The translations under genes and the position numbers were made by a program. From Vampirovibrionales bacterium (GTDB lineage Bacteria > Cyanobacteriota > Vampirovibrionia > Vampirovibrionales > JAJTHC01): a stretch of 64,000 nucleotides of DNA. The stretch is from the NCBI GenBank assembly GCA_046341215.1, contig JBKDRU010000010.1, positions 12,983-76,982 on the forward strand, written 5' to 3'. Of this stretch, positions 35,850 to 45,228 are shown in pieces. Positions within the stretch are counted from its first letter, which is position 1. Each line of letters starts with the position of its first letter. The notes under the pieces are model-generated. The model made no database searches, was not told where the DNA came from, and saw only the letters and a program-made list of their open reading frames with translations.

Positions 35850-36842
35850 ATGTTTCCAATCAATAGAGGGGCTTTACCCCCTAGTTCGCAACGCAGTGGT
35901 GCGAATATATTACTGTTGACAGAAAAAGCAAACAAGCTTACTTTTTTTGAAGAGCCTACTAAAAGATTAGGACATTCTTTACTTACCATTCCGTTTCGAA
36001 AAATAAGACCCGACAATTCTAGTCTATTTGAAGCATTAGTAGAGAGGCTACAAAACACTTGTGACGTTGTAATTGGACGTTCTAAAAAAAAATCTTCTCT
36101 TAAGCTTTTGGGAAGATTAGAAGATTTAGGCTTACCTTCTTTAAACCCCCGTAGGTCTATAGAATTAGCTGCTAATCAACTTGAAACACTGAAAGTCTTA
36201 GATAGGAATGGCTTACCTATTCCCAAAACAGGATATATAACAACAGGTGTCGAATCATTAGGAGATATATTAGTAGGCGTGAATAAACCAAGTGATGCCC
36301 TTGATCATGTGGGGGGCTTCCCTTGTATTGTGAAAACTTTACATGGCAGTCATGGCAATGGTGTTCATTTGGTTAAAAACATAGCAGCGTTTCGCAAATT
36401 AACTAAGAAACTTGAGAAACAAGGTAAACCTTATTTAATCCAAGAGTTTATTGCAGGAGCGGGTGGTGAGGATTTACGTTATTTCGTGGTATGCGGTCGA
36501 GTCGTCACCGCAATGAGACGTAAAGCCAAAGAAAAAGATTTTCGTGCCAATTTAGGGCAAGGCGGTAGCGGTTACCCACATCCTATAGACTCTGTGGAAG
36601 AAGCCCTAGCCTTAAGAGCGTCTCAAGAGATGGGACTGGGTTTTTCTGGGGTGGATCTTATTCCTAAAGGAAATGGAACGGTTAGTATTCTAGAAGTCAA
36701 CGCTTCGCCAGGTGATAAAATTGGAACTGTAACAGGGGTTGATGTTATTACGCCAATTATAGAAGCGGCGGTTCGTTTGGCTGAAGAAGCAAAAGCCTCC
36801 AAAGTAGAAGCTCCTCAAAGAGAACTTTTGCTACTTTCGTGA
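35850..36842 (+). CDS. RimK-family ATP-grasp ligase (alpha-L-glutamate ligase-like)
   Basis: ATP-grasp core: ANQLETLKVLDRNGLPIPKTG, CIVKTLHGSHGNGVHLV, YLIQEFI...GEDLRYFVVCGRVVTAMRR...DFRANLGQGG, GFSGVDLIP...ILEVNASPG. Confidence 0.75.
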   Translation: MFPINRGALPPSSQRSGANILLLTEKANKLTFFEEPTKRLGHSLLTIPFRKIRPDNSSLFEALVERLQNTCDVVIGRSKKKSSLKLLGRLEDLGLPSLNPRRSIELAANQLETLKVLDRNGLPIPKTGYITTGVESLGDILVGVNKPSDALDHVGGFPCIVKTLHGSHGNGVHLVKNIAAFRKLTKKLEKQGKPYLIQEFIAGAGGEDLRYFVVCGRVVTAMRRKAKEKDFRANLGQGGSGYPHPIDSVEEALALRASQEMGLGFSGVDLIPKGNGTVSILEVNASPGDKIGTVTGVDVITPIIEAAVRLAEEAKASKVEAPQRELLLLS

Positions 36843-36887
36843 TATGCTAAGCCTTGTCAAGGTTTAAAATAGGTTAGCGTACCCACG

Positions 36888-37202
36888 ATGCGACTCGATA
36901 AGTTCTTGAAAATGACACGGCTCATTAAACGACGCACCCTTGCCAACGACTTGTGCGATATGGGGGGCGTGATGCTCAACGGTAAAGTCGCCAAAGCCGC
37001 CACCGCCGTGAAAATCGGCGATGATCTTGAACTGCGATTCGGCAATAAAATCGTTAAAGCCCGAGTCCTTGAAATCCCTTTTCGACCTGCTGGCAATCTC
37101 ACCACCGCCGCTCAATATGTGGATATTTATCACCAAGAACGCCTTGAAAACCCCTTACCATACCCTGTTGATGATGTAATCGATGACGAGGTAAATGCGT
37201 GA
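36888..37202 (+). CDS. S4-domain RNA-binding protein (YabO/RqcP-like)
   Basis: MRLDKFLKMTRLIKRRTLANDLCDMGGVMLNGKVAKAATAVKIGDDLELRFGNKIVKARVLEI closely follows the small S4 protein pattern (from memory of B. subtilis YabO). Confidence 0.65.
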   Translation: MRLDKFLKMTRLIKRRTLANDLCDMGGVMLNGKVAKAATAVKIGDDLELRFGNKIVKARVLEIPFRPAGNLTTAAQYVDIYHQERLENPLPYPVDDVIDDEVNA

Positions 37203-37651
37203 TGAAATCGCCCTTCTTCGACGACGAAGCCATCCTCAAAAAGCGAACGCCTCCTGCCTTAAAAGTCGCCAAAGCTTTAAGTGTTTTGATGGACAGTGCC
37301 TTTCGTATTCCCTTTACGAAAAAAACCTTCGGCTTCGATGCATTGGTGGGTGCGGTTCCCGTGCTTGGCGATGCCTTGACCTTCTTAATTTCAGGCTACC
37401 TGTTGACCCTTGCCGTCTATTATAAAGTCCCCACATCCTTAGTCTTGAAAATGTTGGGCAATATCGCCGTTGATTTTATCATCGGCGTCGTGCCTGTGTT
37501 GGGCGATGTCTTTGATGTGTTCTTCAAGGCGAACATTCGCAATTACACGTTATTATTTGACTTTTTAGAAACGCATCGCACGGACTTGTTTGTGGAAGGC
37601 AAAAGCCCTCCGACGAAAGTGGATCCTTCTCATGCCGTGGTGGATCTATGA
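37199..37651 (+). CDS. DUF4112-like membrane protein
   Basis: DSAFRIPFTKKTFGFDALVGAVPVLGDALTF...DFIIGVVPVLGDVFDVFFKANIRN is the duplicated VP.LGD motif typical of DUF4112. GTG at 37199 or ATG at 37202 overlaps the S4 gene stop. The gene's own stop overlaps the rsmB start (ATGA). Confidence 0.6.
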   Translation: MMKSPFFDDEAILKKRTPPALKVAKALSVLMDSAFRIPFTKKTFGFDALVGAVPVLGDALTFLISGYLLTLAVYYKVPTSLVLKMLGNIAVDFIIGVVPVLGDVFDVFFKANIRNYTLLFDFLETHRTDLFVEGKSPPTKVDPSHAVVDL

Positions 37652-39048
37652 TGAGCCGTTCCTTTCCTTCGAGTGTGAAAAACTTGCCTCCTAGCTCACA
37701 TGCCTTGGCGTTGCGTCTGATTTACGGCATGGATTTAGGCATCTTCGACAAAGCGGATGACGCCCTTTACGACGCTTTAAGCCACGCTCCCTTTGACCGT
37801 TTGACGCCTCAAGAACGGGGGCTTGCCACGATGCTCGTCAATGAAAGCCTGCGGTGGAGCTTGACCCTGAAAAGTCGAATCAAGACCCTCACCAAAAAAC
37901 GCTTTAAAGATCTTCAAGCTCCGTTGAGACACCTGCTTCTGCTGGGCTTGTTGAGTGTCTTGCATCCGCAAGAACGTGAAAAAGAACGTGGTTACAGCCA
38001 AGTGCAAGCATGGGTTGAATTGGCGAAATCGTGTAAATTGGCTCCTGCCCAAGTGGGGATGCTCAATGCCTGCTTGCGTCGAGCGTCTGAAGAGCTGGCT
38101 CCATTAGGCGACGTTGATGCAGGCTTTAAAGGGACGGCCCTTGAACGCCAAAGCCTCGCCAGCGGATGGCCGACATGGGCGTTGAAGGAAGTCCAGCATG
38201 CGACGGATGCTGAAACGGTGGATGCTTACATTCAAGCGTCTCACCACAAACAGCCGATGAGCGTCTTTCATACCCAAGCCCAAAACGAAGCGGAGATGCG
38301 TCCTGTTTTGGAAGCGCTCGCTTCGCAAGGCATCAAGACGCATCAGCCGTTTTTGCCCGATTTTCCCCAAGCGATCCACCTTGCAGATGCCTTAAAAGGA
38401 GGCATCACCACCCTACCCGACTGGGATTCGGGGGCTTGGTATGTGCAAGATTATGGATCCGCATGGGTGGCGAAGCAGGCGTGCGAAAGGGTAAAAATGT
38501 ATCAAAACCCTATTGTGGTGGATTTATGTGCCGCTCCCGGTTCTAAAACATGGTGGATGGCGAAAGCCGTTGAACACGGCGGTCATGTCCATGCGGTGGA
38601 TGTTTCCGCCAAGCGTTTGGAGCGGTTGTCGGAAAATATGACACGGCTTCAGCTAAGCGATCGTGTCACCGTGCATACCGCCGATGCCACGACGTTCACG
38701 CTTGCCACGCCTGCCGATGTCGTGCTGGTGGATGCCCCTTGCTCCGCCTTAGGCACCTTGTCGCATCACCCTGATTTGTGGATGAACCGTAGTGAAGCGA
38801 GCTTGAAGGAATTTCCTCCCTTGCAGTTGGCGATTTTGTCTCAGGCGGCGAGCGTGTGTCATGCGTCGTCCACCTTGATTTACAGCACCTGCACATGGCG
38901 AGTGGCGGAAAATCAGAAGGTGATTGAAGCCTTTTTAAACACCCATACCGATTGGCATTTGGTGAGTGAATCAACGTTGCCAATGACCGCCTTACACGAT
39001 GGTTTTTACGTCGCGATTTTAAAGCAAACTCCTGATACCCTCTCCTGA
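37648..39048 (+). CDS. rsmB: 16S rRNA (cytosine-C5)-methyltransferase RsmB/Sun-like
   Basis: NusB-like N-terminal half, then SAM motif VVDLCAAPGSKT and catalytic motifs LVDAPCSALGTL and LIYSTCT. Confidence 0.85.
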   Translation: MMSRSFPSSVKNLPPSSHALALRLIYGMDLGIFDKADDALYDALSHAPFDRLTPQERGLATMLVNESLRWSLTLKSRIKTLTKKRFKDLQAPLRHLLLLGLLSVLHPQEREKERGYSQVQAWVELAKSCKLAPAQVGMLNACLRRASEELAPLGDVDAGFKGTALERQSLASGWPTWALKEVQHATDAETVDAYIQASHHKQPMSVFHTQAQNEAEMRPVLEALASQGIKTHQPFLPDFPQAIHLADALKGGITTLPDWDSGAWYVQDYGSAWVAKQACERVKMYQNPIVVDLCAAPGSKTWWMAKAVEHGGHVHAVDVSAKRLERLSENMTRLQLSDRVTVHTADATTFTLATPADVVLVDAPCSALGTLSHHPDLWMNRSEASLKEFPPLQLAILSQAASVCHASSTLIYSTCTWRVAENQKVIEAFLNTHTDWHLVSESTLPMTALHDGFYVAILKQTPDTLS

Positions 39049-39122
39049 CTTTAGGAGGGTGAGCTTAAAGCTGAGACGCTGTTTAATTTTGAAAAGGTGC
39101 TGTCGTATAAATAATGCCTTAA

Positions 39123-39231
39123 TTTCCGACACACAAAATTCGATTTTTGACACACGAAACCCCCATTTCCGACACACGAAATCCCCATTTCCGACACACG
39201 AAACCCCTTTTCTTGACACATACTCACGACT
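39123..39231. repeat. five tandem 21-22-bp direct repeats, core TT(T/C)(C/T)(C/T)GACACACGAAA(C/T)CCCCA
   Basis: GACACA(C/T) cores start at 39128, 39149, 39171, 39193 and 39215 (spacing 21, 22, 22, 22). Units 3 and 4 are nearly identical; units 1 and 5 are degenerate. Confidence 0.85.
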
Positions 39232-39397
39232 GAAAAGAGTGGGAAAGGACTCCCAAAGGAGCCGAAAGGGTCGGTTTTCAATGAACTACTCTTTTTTAGT
39301 ATGACCGCTTTTTAAAACATTTTCCAGTCTTTAAAACCCACGATTTCGGAAAAGGATGTGATTCCTGTCGGGGTTTTGGGAAGGGTTTTTCGATTCG

Positions 39398-39428
39398 ATC
39401 GGGAGGGTTTACGCCCTCTCGATTTTTT
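39398..39428 (+). terminator. Rho-independent terminator (plus strand)
   Basis: ATCGGGAGGG-TTTACG-CCCTCTCGAT (10-bp stem including one G-U pair) followed by TTTTT. Confidence 0.7.
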
Positions 39429-39448
39429 AGCGTTTAACACCACCACTC

Positions 39449-39479
39449 AAAAAAAAGGCCCGGTCTGTATAGACCAGGC
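39449..39479 (-). terminator. Rho-independent terminator for the TPR gene (minus strand)
   Basis: Minus strand reads GCCTGGTCT-ATAC-AGACCGGGC (8 bp, one mismatch) followed by T8, about 50 nt after the stop at 39530. Confidence 0.6.
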
Positions 39480-39529
39480 GACTCTCTCTCTCTTAATAGG
39501 TAAACAAAAAGGTGGGTTTATTCGTAAAT

Positions 39530-41263
39530 TTACATTTCGTTGAACAAGCGTTCTAGATACTGATTGATTTCTTCAGCATCGAGTTCTTGTGTCATGACAT
39601 TGCTGGTTTTGGCACAGGTAAAGGCTAAAGCCGCTTCACGAAACTGTTCTTGCTTGGAAAGGAGGCGTCCGCGATTGAAGTGAGCCATCGCATAATGCGG
39701 ATTTTGTGCCACCGCTTCTTCGAAGTGCTGTAAGGCTTTGGCTTCATGATTCAGCTCATCAAAGTAAATACAACCTAAGTTATTGTGAGCGACCGCATTG
39801 TCAGGATCCAACAATAAGGCTTGTTTATAGTAGTAAACCGCTTGTTGCAAAGCGTTGGCTTGCCAAGCTGTGTACGCCAAGTTCACCACACACTGGGGGT
39901 TCTTTGCCCCTTCGTGAGTTAAGGCCAGTTGGCAAAGTGCCATGGCTAAGTCATGTTGTTCTAAGGTATTGGCAAGTTTGGCGAGATGGCTCAAGGTGGC
40001 TGGGGTCATCATTTGTTCTTGTTCGATTTTTAAGAGCAACGCAATTTCTGCACTTAAGAATGCGCCGTATTCTTCGTACCTAAATTGAGACGAACTTTCA
40101 ATAAAGACAGGACTTTCTAAAAAGCTGGCAATCACAAAGGCGATTTTACGCTTGCTTTCTTTCTTTTGAGCATACACATAAGCCAACAAATACCGTTCGA
40201 TCGCTGCAAAGGCGTTGCCTTCTTCCGAATAGGTTAAGCCTAATTCGAGTTGAGCCATCGACAAAGAAGGCATTAAGGTCACCGTTCTTTCAAGGGCGTG
40301 CTTGGCTTTGTCATGGGCTTCTAACATACCGTACACATGGGAAAGTTCATACCACAACAGGGGTTGAGACGGCAAACGGCGAATGGCTCGTTTTAAACGC
40401 ACTAAGGCAGACGACCATTCCAAGTGGCTGACTTCCAGTTGGGCGGCATGAATGACAATACTGCTTAAATACACCGATTTTTGAATGTGCGAACATTGTG
40501 CCAAAATCGAAGAAACAGGGGCTTTCAATGTTTCACTGGCAAAGAGCTGCAAAATTTCCATCGTGCTTTGCAAACATTTCCAAAACCCTTGAGGGCTAGA
40601 ATGCGTCATTAAATTGCCTAAGTGGGCAAGGGTCAAGACGTTTTTCTTCCACGTAAGCTGAAGGGCATCGAACCCTAGGTAGGGGGAGCCTTCTTCATAG
40701 ACCAAGCGTTGCAAGTTGTGGTGATGCTGTTCTAAGTGATGAAAGCGTTTGGGGATTTTAGCTTGATTTAAATGCCCTTGAGCAATGTTATAATGCCCTG
40801 CCAACGTGTGAATATGAGCCAAGCTCAAATGTACGACCCATTCAAGTGAAAGGGATTGCGACGTGTGGGTGTCTTCTTTTCGATTAAGGGCTTGGTAAGC
40901 ATGATGTTGACCCTTTAGCGTTTCACCGTTTAGGGTGAAATACAGGGACAAAACGGCGTCCTGCTGCCAGGTGCCGTACCATTGTTCATTAATTTGACTT
41001 AAAATGTTTTGGCCGTACTCATGCTTAGGCTGCAATTCCCATTGAGACACTAAAGAATCTGAGTGATTAAGTAGGGCTTCAAGCAAATGGATTTGGGGTT
41101 CACATACAGGCGTACTAGGTTGAAGAAAGAGTTGTTCGAGCTGGTGGATGTTCATAGATTGCGACATCAACAAGGAGCCTCCCATTAAAGGGCATGCCAC
41201 GTCTGCCCTAACGTTGGGCGGTGGTGGATGCCTCCTACAAATGGAGTATCGAACAAGGCTCAC
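39530..41263 (-). CDS. tetratricopeptide-repeat (TPR) protein
   Basis: 577 aa. The C-terminal third has clear TPR units (NLAYTAWQANALQQAVYYYKQALLLDPDNAVAHNNLGCIYFDELNHEAKALQHFEEAVAQNPHYAMAHFNRGRLL). The start is uncertain (internal Met candidates). Confidence 0.7.
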   Translation of the reverse strand: MSLVRYSICRRHPPPPNVRADVACPLMGGSLLMSQSMNIHQLEQLFLQPSTPVCEPQIHLLEALLNHSDSLVSQWELQPKHEYGQNILSQINEQWYGTWQQDAVLSLYFTLNGETLKGQHHAYQALNRKEDTHTSQSLSLEWVVHLSLAHIHTLAGHYNIAQGHLNQAKIPKRFHHLEQHHHNLQRLVYEEGSPYLGFDALQLTWKKNVLTLAHLGNLMTHSSPQGFWKCLQSTMEILQLFASETLKAPVSSILAQCSHIQKSVYLSSIVIHAAQLEVSHLEWSSALVRLKRAIRRLPSQPLLWYELSHVYGMLEAHDKAKHALERTVTLMPSLSMAQLELGLTYSEEGNAFAAIERYLLAYVYAQKKESKRKIAFVIASFLESPVFIESSSQFRYEEYGAFLSAEIALLLKIEQEQMMTPATLSHLAKLANTLEQHDLAMALCQLALTHEGAKNPQCVVNLAYTAWQANALQQAVYYYKQALLLDPDNAVAHNNLGCIYFDELNHEAKALQHFEEAVAQNPHYAMAHFNRGRLLSKQEQFREAALAFTCAKTSNVMTQELDAEEINQYLERLFNEM

Positions 41264-41377
41264 TTTTTCTGCAAGGGGTGTTACATTCTGTTACGGAGCT
41301 GGTATAATCAAATAAAGTCTTCTCCTTATTCCCTTATGAGAGAGGAATTTCCCCCCCAACGCATAGGAGACACCCCC

Positions 41378-42145
41378 ATGGGACGCTGGATGGCAATCAA
41401 AAACAAAAAAGCCGCATCCGACGCTAAAAAAGGCGTCGCACTCGCTCGCTACTCTCGAGAAATTATGTCCGCCGCTCGACAAGGCGGAGGCGACCCGTCT
41501 AGCAATTTCCGCCTACGAGGCGCCATTGACGCAGCCAAAGCAGGTGGGCTTTCAAAAGACAACATCGAAAATGCCATCGCCAAAGCGACAGGCGCCTTAA
41601 AAGGCGACGATCTCGAATCCTTGAGCTATGAAGGCTACGGTCCAGGAGGCATCGCTATTTTTATTGAATGCGAAACCGACAACCGCAACCGCACCGCAGG
41701 CGACATTCGCAGTTATTTCAACAAGCAAAATGGCAATTTGGGGCAGGACGGATGCGTCGCCTTTATGTTCGAACCCTTCGGACGCATCGTGATTCAAGCG
41801 AAAAACGAAGACGACGCGAATCAGTGGGTGGAATGGGCAATCGAAGCCGAAGCTCACGATGTGTTTACCCACAACGAAGACGGCGATATTTTCGTTGAAA
41901 TCATCACGGATGCCAAGGCGTTAAACGCCGTTTGTTTAGCCTTAACGGAAATTGCCACGCTTCCCTTTACGCCTGAAACGGTTGAACTCACTCGGATTTG
42001 TGGCACTGAAACCGTGGTAGACGATCTCGCCATTGCCAAGCCCTTGATTAAGCTCATCGGCTTGATTGAAGATCACGACGATGTGAACAAGGTCTATCAC
42101 AATGCGGATATTCCCGAATCGGTGTGGAATGCCTGTGCCGTCTAA
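41378..42145 (+). CDS. yebC: YebC/PmpR-family transcriptional regulator
   Basis: From the ATG at 41378 (SD AGGAGA 7 nt upstream): MGRWMAIKNKKAASDAKKG...GGGDPSSNFRLRGAIDAAKAGGLSKDNIENAI matches the YebC N-terminus. The track ORF start at 41228 adds 50 implausible residues. Confidence 0.8.
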   Translation: MGRWMAIKNKKAASDAKKGVALARYSREIMSAARQGGGDPSSNFRLRGAIDAAKAGGLSKDNIENAIAKATGALKGDDLESLSYEGYGPGGIAIFIECETDNRNRTAGDIRSYFNKQNGNLGQDGCVAFMFEPFGRIVIQAKNEDDANQWVEWAIEAEAHDVFTHNEDGDIFVEIITDAKALNAVCLALTEIATLPFTPETVELTRICGTETVVDDLAIAKPLIKLIGLIEDHDDVNKVYHNADIPESVWNACAV

Positions 42146-43658
42146 ACCATGCGAAACGAAGCTGTGGCAGGCGTATGATGTCGATTTAAAGACGCATCCG
42201 CTGTTCTTGATGCGTTTGACCCAAGCCCTCAGCGAATCGATGGCGTATGTCACCTTGTTGGATGCTCCTTTGTGTGAAGCCTCCCCCCTGCACCAATGGG
42301 GACTCGCTGGTTACGGCAATTCGGACAGCCTTCAACGTTTGGATGTGGTGCATCAGCAGGTGTATGTGAACGGTCAAGCCCAAGGCGTGAGGATTCATCA
42401 AGCGAGTGACTTGAACGATGTGCTTGAAAACTGGCTAAACGAACAGACGCAATCCCTTGACGCTCCTTCTGATTTAGACTTTCTACCTGATTTTTTACCT
42501 AGCACATCGGGGATTTTTGCTCAATTGAGCTATGAAGCGTCGTGGTTTTGGAATGACAAGTTGGCGTCACTGTCCGCCATGCCTCAAAGTCAGCCAGCGG
42601 TCGCCACGCATCGATTCATTCGCTATACGCATCGCTTGGTGATGGACTATCAAACAGGCAAGCTTTATGCGATTACGCCGTCTCAAGACGAACAGGCTCG
42701 TATCGCATCGACTATAAAACAGCTTCTTCAAGAAGAACCCCCCACGCCCGATTTTGTCTTTCAAGACTTTCAAGCCTCTTGGTTGGAGGCTTACACGCCG
42801 TCTTTAAATCAAACGGACTTTGAAGCAGGCGTGGAGCGGATTAAATCGTGGATTGAAGCAGGGGAACTCTATCAAGCCAACTTGTCGATTCAGTGGAAAC
42901 GCCAAGCCAGCCTAGAACCTTGGCGATTATTTGAAGCCCTCACGCATCGTAACCCGTCGCCGTTTGCAGGCTTGTGGAAGAGTCCGCAGGGATGGGTATT
43001 GAGTAATTCGCCTGAACGGCTCATTAAGCAAGACGCTGGTGTGCTTTCGACCCGTCCGATTGCTGGCACTCGCAGTCGAGGGCAAACCGCAGAAGCCGAA
43101 CGTCTGCTTGAAGCGGAGCTCCTAAGCCTTGAAAAAGAGCGTGCCGAACATCTCATGCTGGTGGACTTAGAGCGTAACGATCTTGGCAAGGTCTGTACAG
43201 CAGGCACGGTTCACGTCGATGAATTGATGAGTGTGGAGCGTTATTCGCACGTCACCCACGTGGTTTCTAACGTGCAAGGCAGGCAAGCCGAAGGCGTTTC
43301 GCAAGTCGCCATACTTGATGCCCTCTTCCCCGGTGGCACCATTACAGGATGCCCCAAATTGCGTTGCATTCAAAAGCTCGCCGAATTGGAGCAAACGGCT
43401 CGTGGGGTGTACACAGGGAGCATGGGCTACCTAGATGTTCAGCATCAACGTATGGATTTCAACATCTTGATTCGCACGATTCATTTACTGCCGATAAAGC
43501 CATTTCAATACAAGCCTTCGGATGTGGGCATTCAGCCGTACAGCATGCGTTTACAGGCAGGGGCGGGCATTGTGCATGATTCAGAGCCTCGTGCAGAATG
43601 GAAGGAATCGCTTAAAAAGGCGAAAGCCCTCCTAGAAGCGATTGAATCGGTGTTGTAG
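42129..43658 (+). CDS. pabB: chorismate-utilising enzyme, aminodeoxychorismate synthase component I-like (PabB/TrpE family)
   Basis: C-terminal chorismate-binding motifs: SNSPERLI, RPIAGTR.RG, EHLMLVDLERNDLGKVC, GGTITGCPKLRCIQKLAELE, RGVYTGSMGYLD, GAGIVHDSEP. The start is uncertain (42102, 42129 or 42210). PabB versus TrpE cannot be settled by eye. Confidence 0.7.
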   Translation: MPVPSKPCETKLWQAYDVDLKTHPLFLMRLTQALSESMAYVTLLDAPLCEASPLHQWGLAGYGNSDSLQRLDVVHQQVYVNGQAQGVRIHQASDLNDVLENWLNEQTQSLDAPSDLDFLPDFLPSTSGIFAQLSYEASWFWNDKLASLSAMPQSQPAVATHRFIRYTHRLVMDYQTGKLYAITPSQDEQARIASTIKQLLQEEPPTPDFVFQDFQASWLEAYTPSLNQTDFEAGVERIKSWIEAGELYQANLSIQWKRQASLEPWRLFEALTHRNPSPFAGLWKSPQGWVLSNSPERLIKQDAGVLSTRPIAGTRSRGQTAEAERLLEAELLSLEKERAEHLMLVDLERNDLGKVCTAGTVHVDELMSVERYSHVTHVVSNVQGRQAEGVSQVAILDALFPGGTITGCPKLRCIQKLAELEQTARGVYTGSMGYLDVQHQRMDFNILIRTIHLLPIKPFQYKPSDVGIQPYSMRLQAGAGIVHDSEPRAEWKESLKKAKALLEAIESVL

Positions 43659-43717
43659 TGTTTTGCAGAACTTTTCATAGTATGCTATGATAAAGTTTAT
43701 ATCTATAAAAAGAGACT

Positions 43718-45127
43718 ATGTCCTTGCCCATGCTTTTAAAACCCCCCTTTACGATTCAACATTTGCCTACACGAGAAAGTATCAAGGCTTACTTTCAACA
43801 TCGCCGTGTACAACGTAATTTAGCCATTTGGTTGACGGTGCTTTTGGGTATTTTCGTGACGGCTGAAATTTATGTGCCTCAAATTTCTGTACCCCTTGGG
43901 CTAATTAGCTTTATGGTGACTTATTCGATTTTCTTAACGGGTATTTTGGTTGTTAAACGCTTTAAAGCCAAAAAAGAAGGCTTAAATCTTATTGATATTG
44001 TGCCTGAACAAGTGCCTGTGGATGCCTGTATTAGTGTGATTTTGCCCGCTCATAATGAAGTGGACGTTATTGCCGAAAGTGTGGCTCATTTTATGAACAA
44101 TACTCCAGATCATTATGACTTGTGGGTCATGAACGATCGTTCCACCGACGGCACCCACTTGGTCTTAGAAGCTTTGCTGGAAGCGAATCCGCAGTGGCAG
44201 GAACGCTTAAACGTTGTGCATCGACCGCCTGAAGCGGTGGCAGGGAAATCGGCTGTGTTGAATGATGCCCTTGCGTTAAGTACCAGTCCCATTCTCGCTA
44301 TTTTCGATGCTGATGCTCGTATTGAAGCGGAATTTTTTCCTCAAATGTTGGCGTACTTAGAGCAAGACGAACGCATCGCATCGGTTCAAGCTCGTAAAAT
44401 GATTAGCAATGCTGAAACGAACCTCTTGACCAAGTGCCAGCAGTGGGAATATACCCTCGATGCCCATATTCAGTGGTGTCGTGATTTGGCAGGTTCTGCG
44501 GTAGAACTCAGAGGCAACGGCTTTCTCATTAAGCGTGAGGCGATCGAAGATGTTGGCTTGTGGAACGAAAATAGCATCACCGATGATTTAGATCTTTCGA
44601 CTCGCTTGCACTTAAAGGGCTGGTTGATTCGATTTGCCCACCAGGCCAGCGTTTATGAAGAAGGTATTACACAATTTAAGCCTTTGCTCAAGCAACGTGA
44701 ACGTTGGGCAGAAGGGTCGTTGCGTCGTTATTTGGATTTTGGTGGCGCCATTCTTTTTTCAAAAGAAGCCAGCTTACGTACCCGCACCGATATGTTTGCG
44801 TATTGGATTAACTTTCTCTTCCCCATTTTAATGGTTTTGGAACTTTTCGTCGTGGGGGGAGCCACCTTCTTTGGTCAGGCGACTCGTTTGCATCAGCTAC
44901 TAGCAGTGGCGTTATTGCCGATGTTTGGTGTGGCGTTTATTCCCACTTTATATAATGCGATCCGTCGTTTTGAGCATCCGCCTCGTGTGGAAGCGATGAA
45001 GGCTGCGGTGATGACAGGCATTTACATGACAGCGGTGTGGTTTCCGATTGTGTTTTATAGTTTTGGGAAGGTCCTATTTAAGCCGAATGCCCCTTTTAAG
45101 TGGGAAAAGACGCATCACCAAGGGTGA
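43718..45127 (+). CDS. family 2 glycosyltransferase, membrane-integrated, processive type
   Basis: ISVILPAHNE, VMNDRSTDGT, IFDADARI and LKQRERWAEG (Q(R/Q)xRW motif), flanked by N- and C-terminal TM segments. Confidence 0.8.
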   Translation: MSLPMLLKPPFTIQHLPTRESIKAYFQHRRVQRNLAIWLTVLLGIFVTAEIYVPQISVPLGLISFMVTYSIFLTGILVVKRFKAKKEGLNLIDIVPEQVPVDACISVILPAHNEVDVIAESVAHFMNNTPDHYDLWVMNDRSTDGTHLVLEALLEANPQWQERLNVVHRPPEAVAGKSAVLNDALALSTSPILAIFDADARIEAEFFPQMLAYLEQDERIASVQARKMISNAETNLLTKCQQWEYTLDAHIQWCRDLAGSAVELRGNGFLIKREAIEDVGLWNENSITDDLDLSTRLHLKGWLIRFAHQASVYEEGITQFKPLLKQRERWAEGSLRRYLDFGGAILFSKEASLRTRTDMFAYWINFLFPILMVLELFVVGGATFFGQATRLHQLLAVALLPMFGVAFIPTLYNAIRRFEHPPRVEAMKAAVMTGIYMTAVWFPIVFYSFGKVLFKPNAPFKWEKTHHQG

Positions 45128-45228
45128 TTATGCCGTATGCCTATACGGCTGGTTTGAACCCCTACCCAGTTCAATAGTTTGTGTTAAACTTAAAATACAT
45201 GATGTGTTTTTTGGAGGGTTGCTTCCCA

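Noticed and set aside
39123-39231. Possible CRISPR mini-array
   Set aside because: The units are directly abutting (period 21-22 bp) with no unique spacers, and no cas genes are in the window.
39019-39304. Three overlapping 66-81-aa ORFs across the 39.1-kb repeat array
   Set aside because: They overlap one another on both strands, are made largely of repeat-derived peptide, lack SD sequences, and lie between a gene end and terminators. They are treated as non-coding.
41228-41377. Long N-terminal extension of yebC in the ORF track (start 41228)
   Set aside because: The extension has no similarity to the YebC family and overlaps the divergent TPR gene start. ATG 41378 has an AGGAGA SD and reproduces the family N-terminus.
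45128-45228. preQ1 riboswitch upstream of queC
   Set aside because: I could not find the short preQ1-I/II consensus hairpin with an A-rich tail. The only clear structure is GCCGTAT-GCCT-ATACGGC, which looks like a weak terminator of the upstream GT2 gene.
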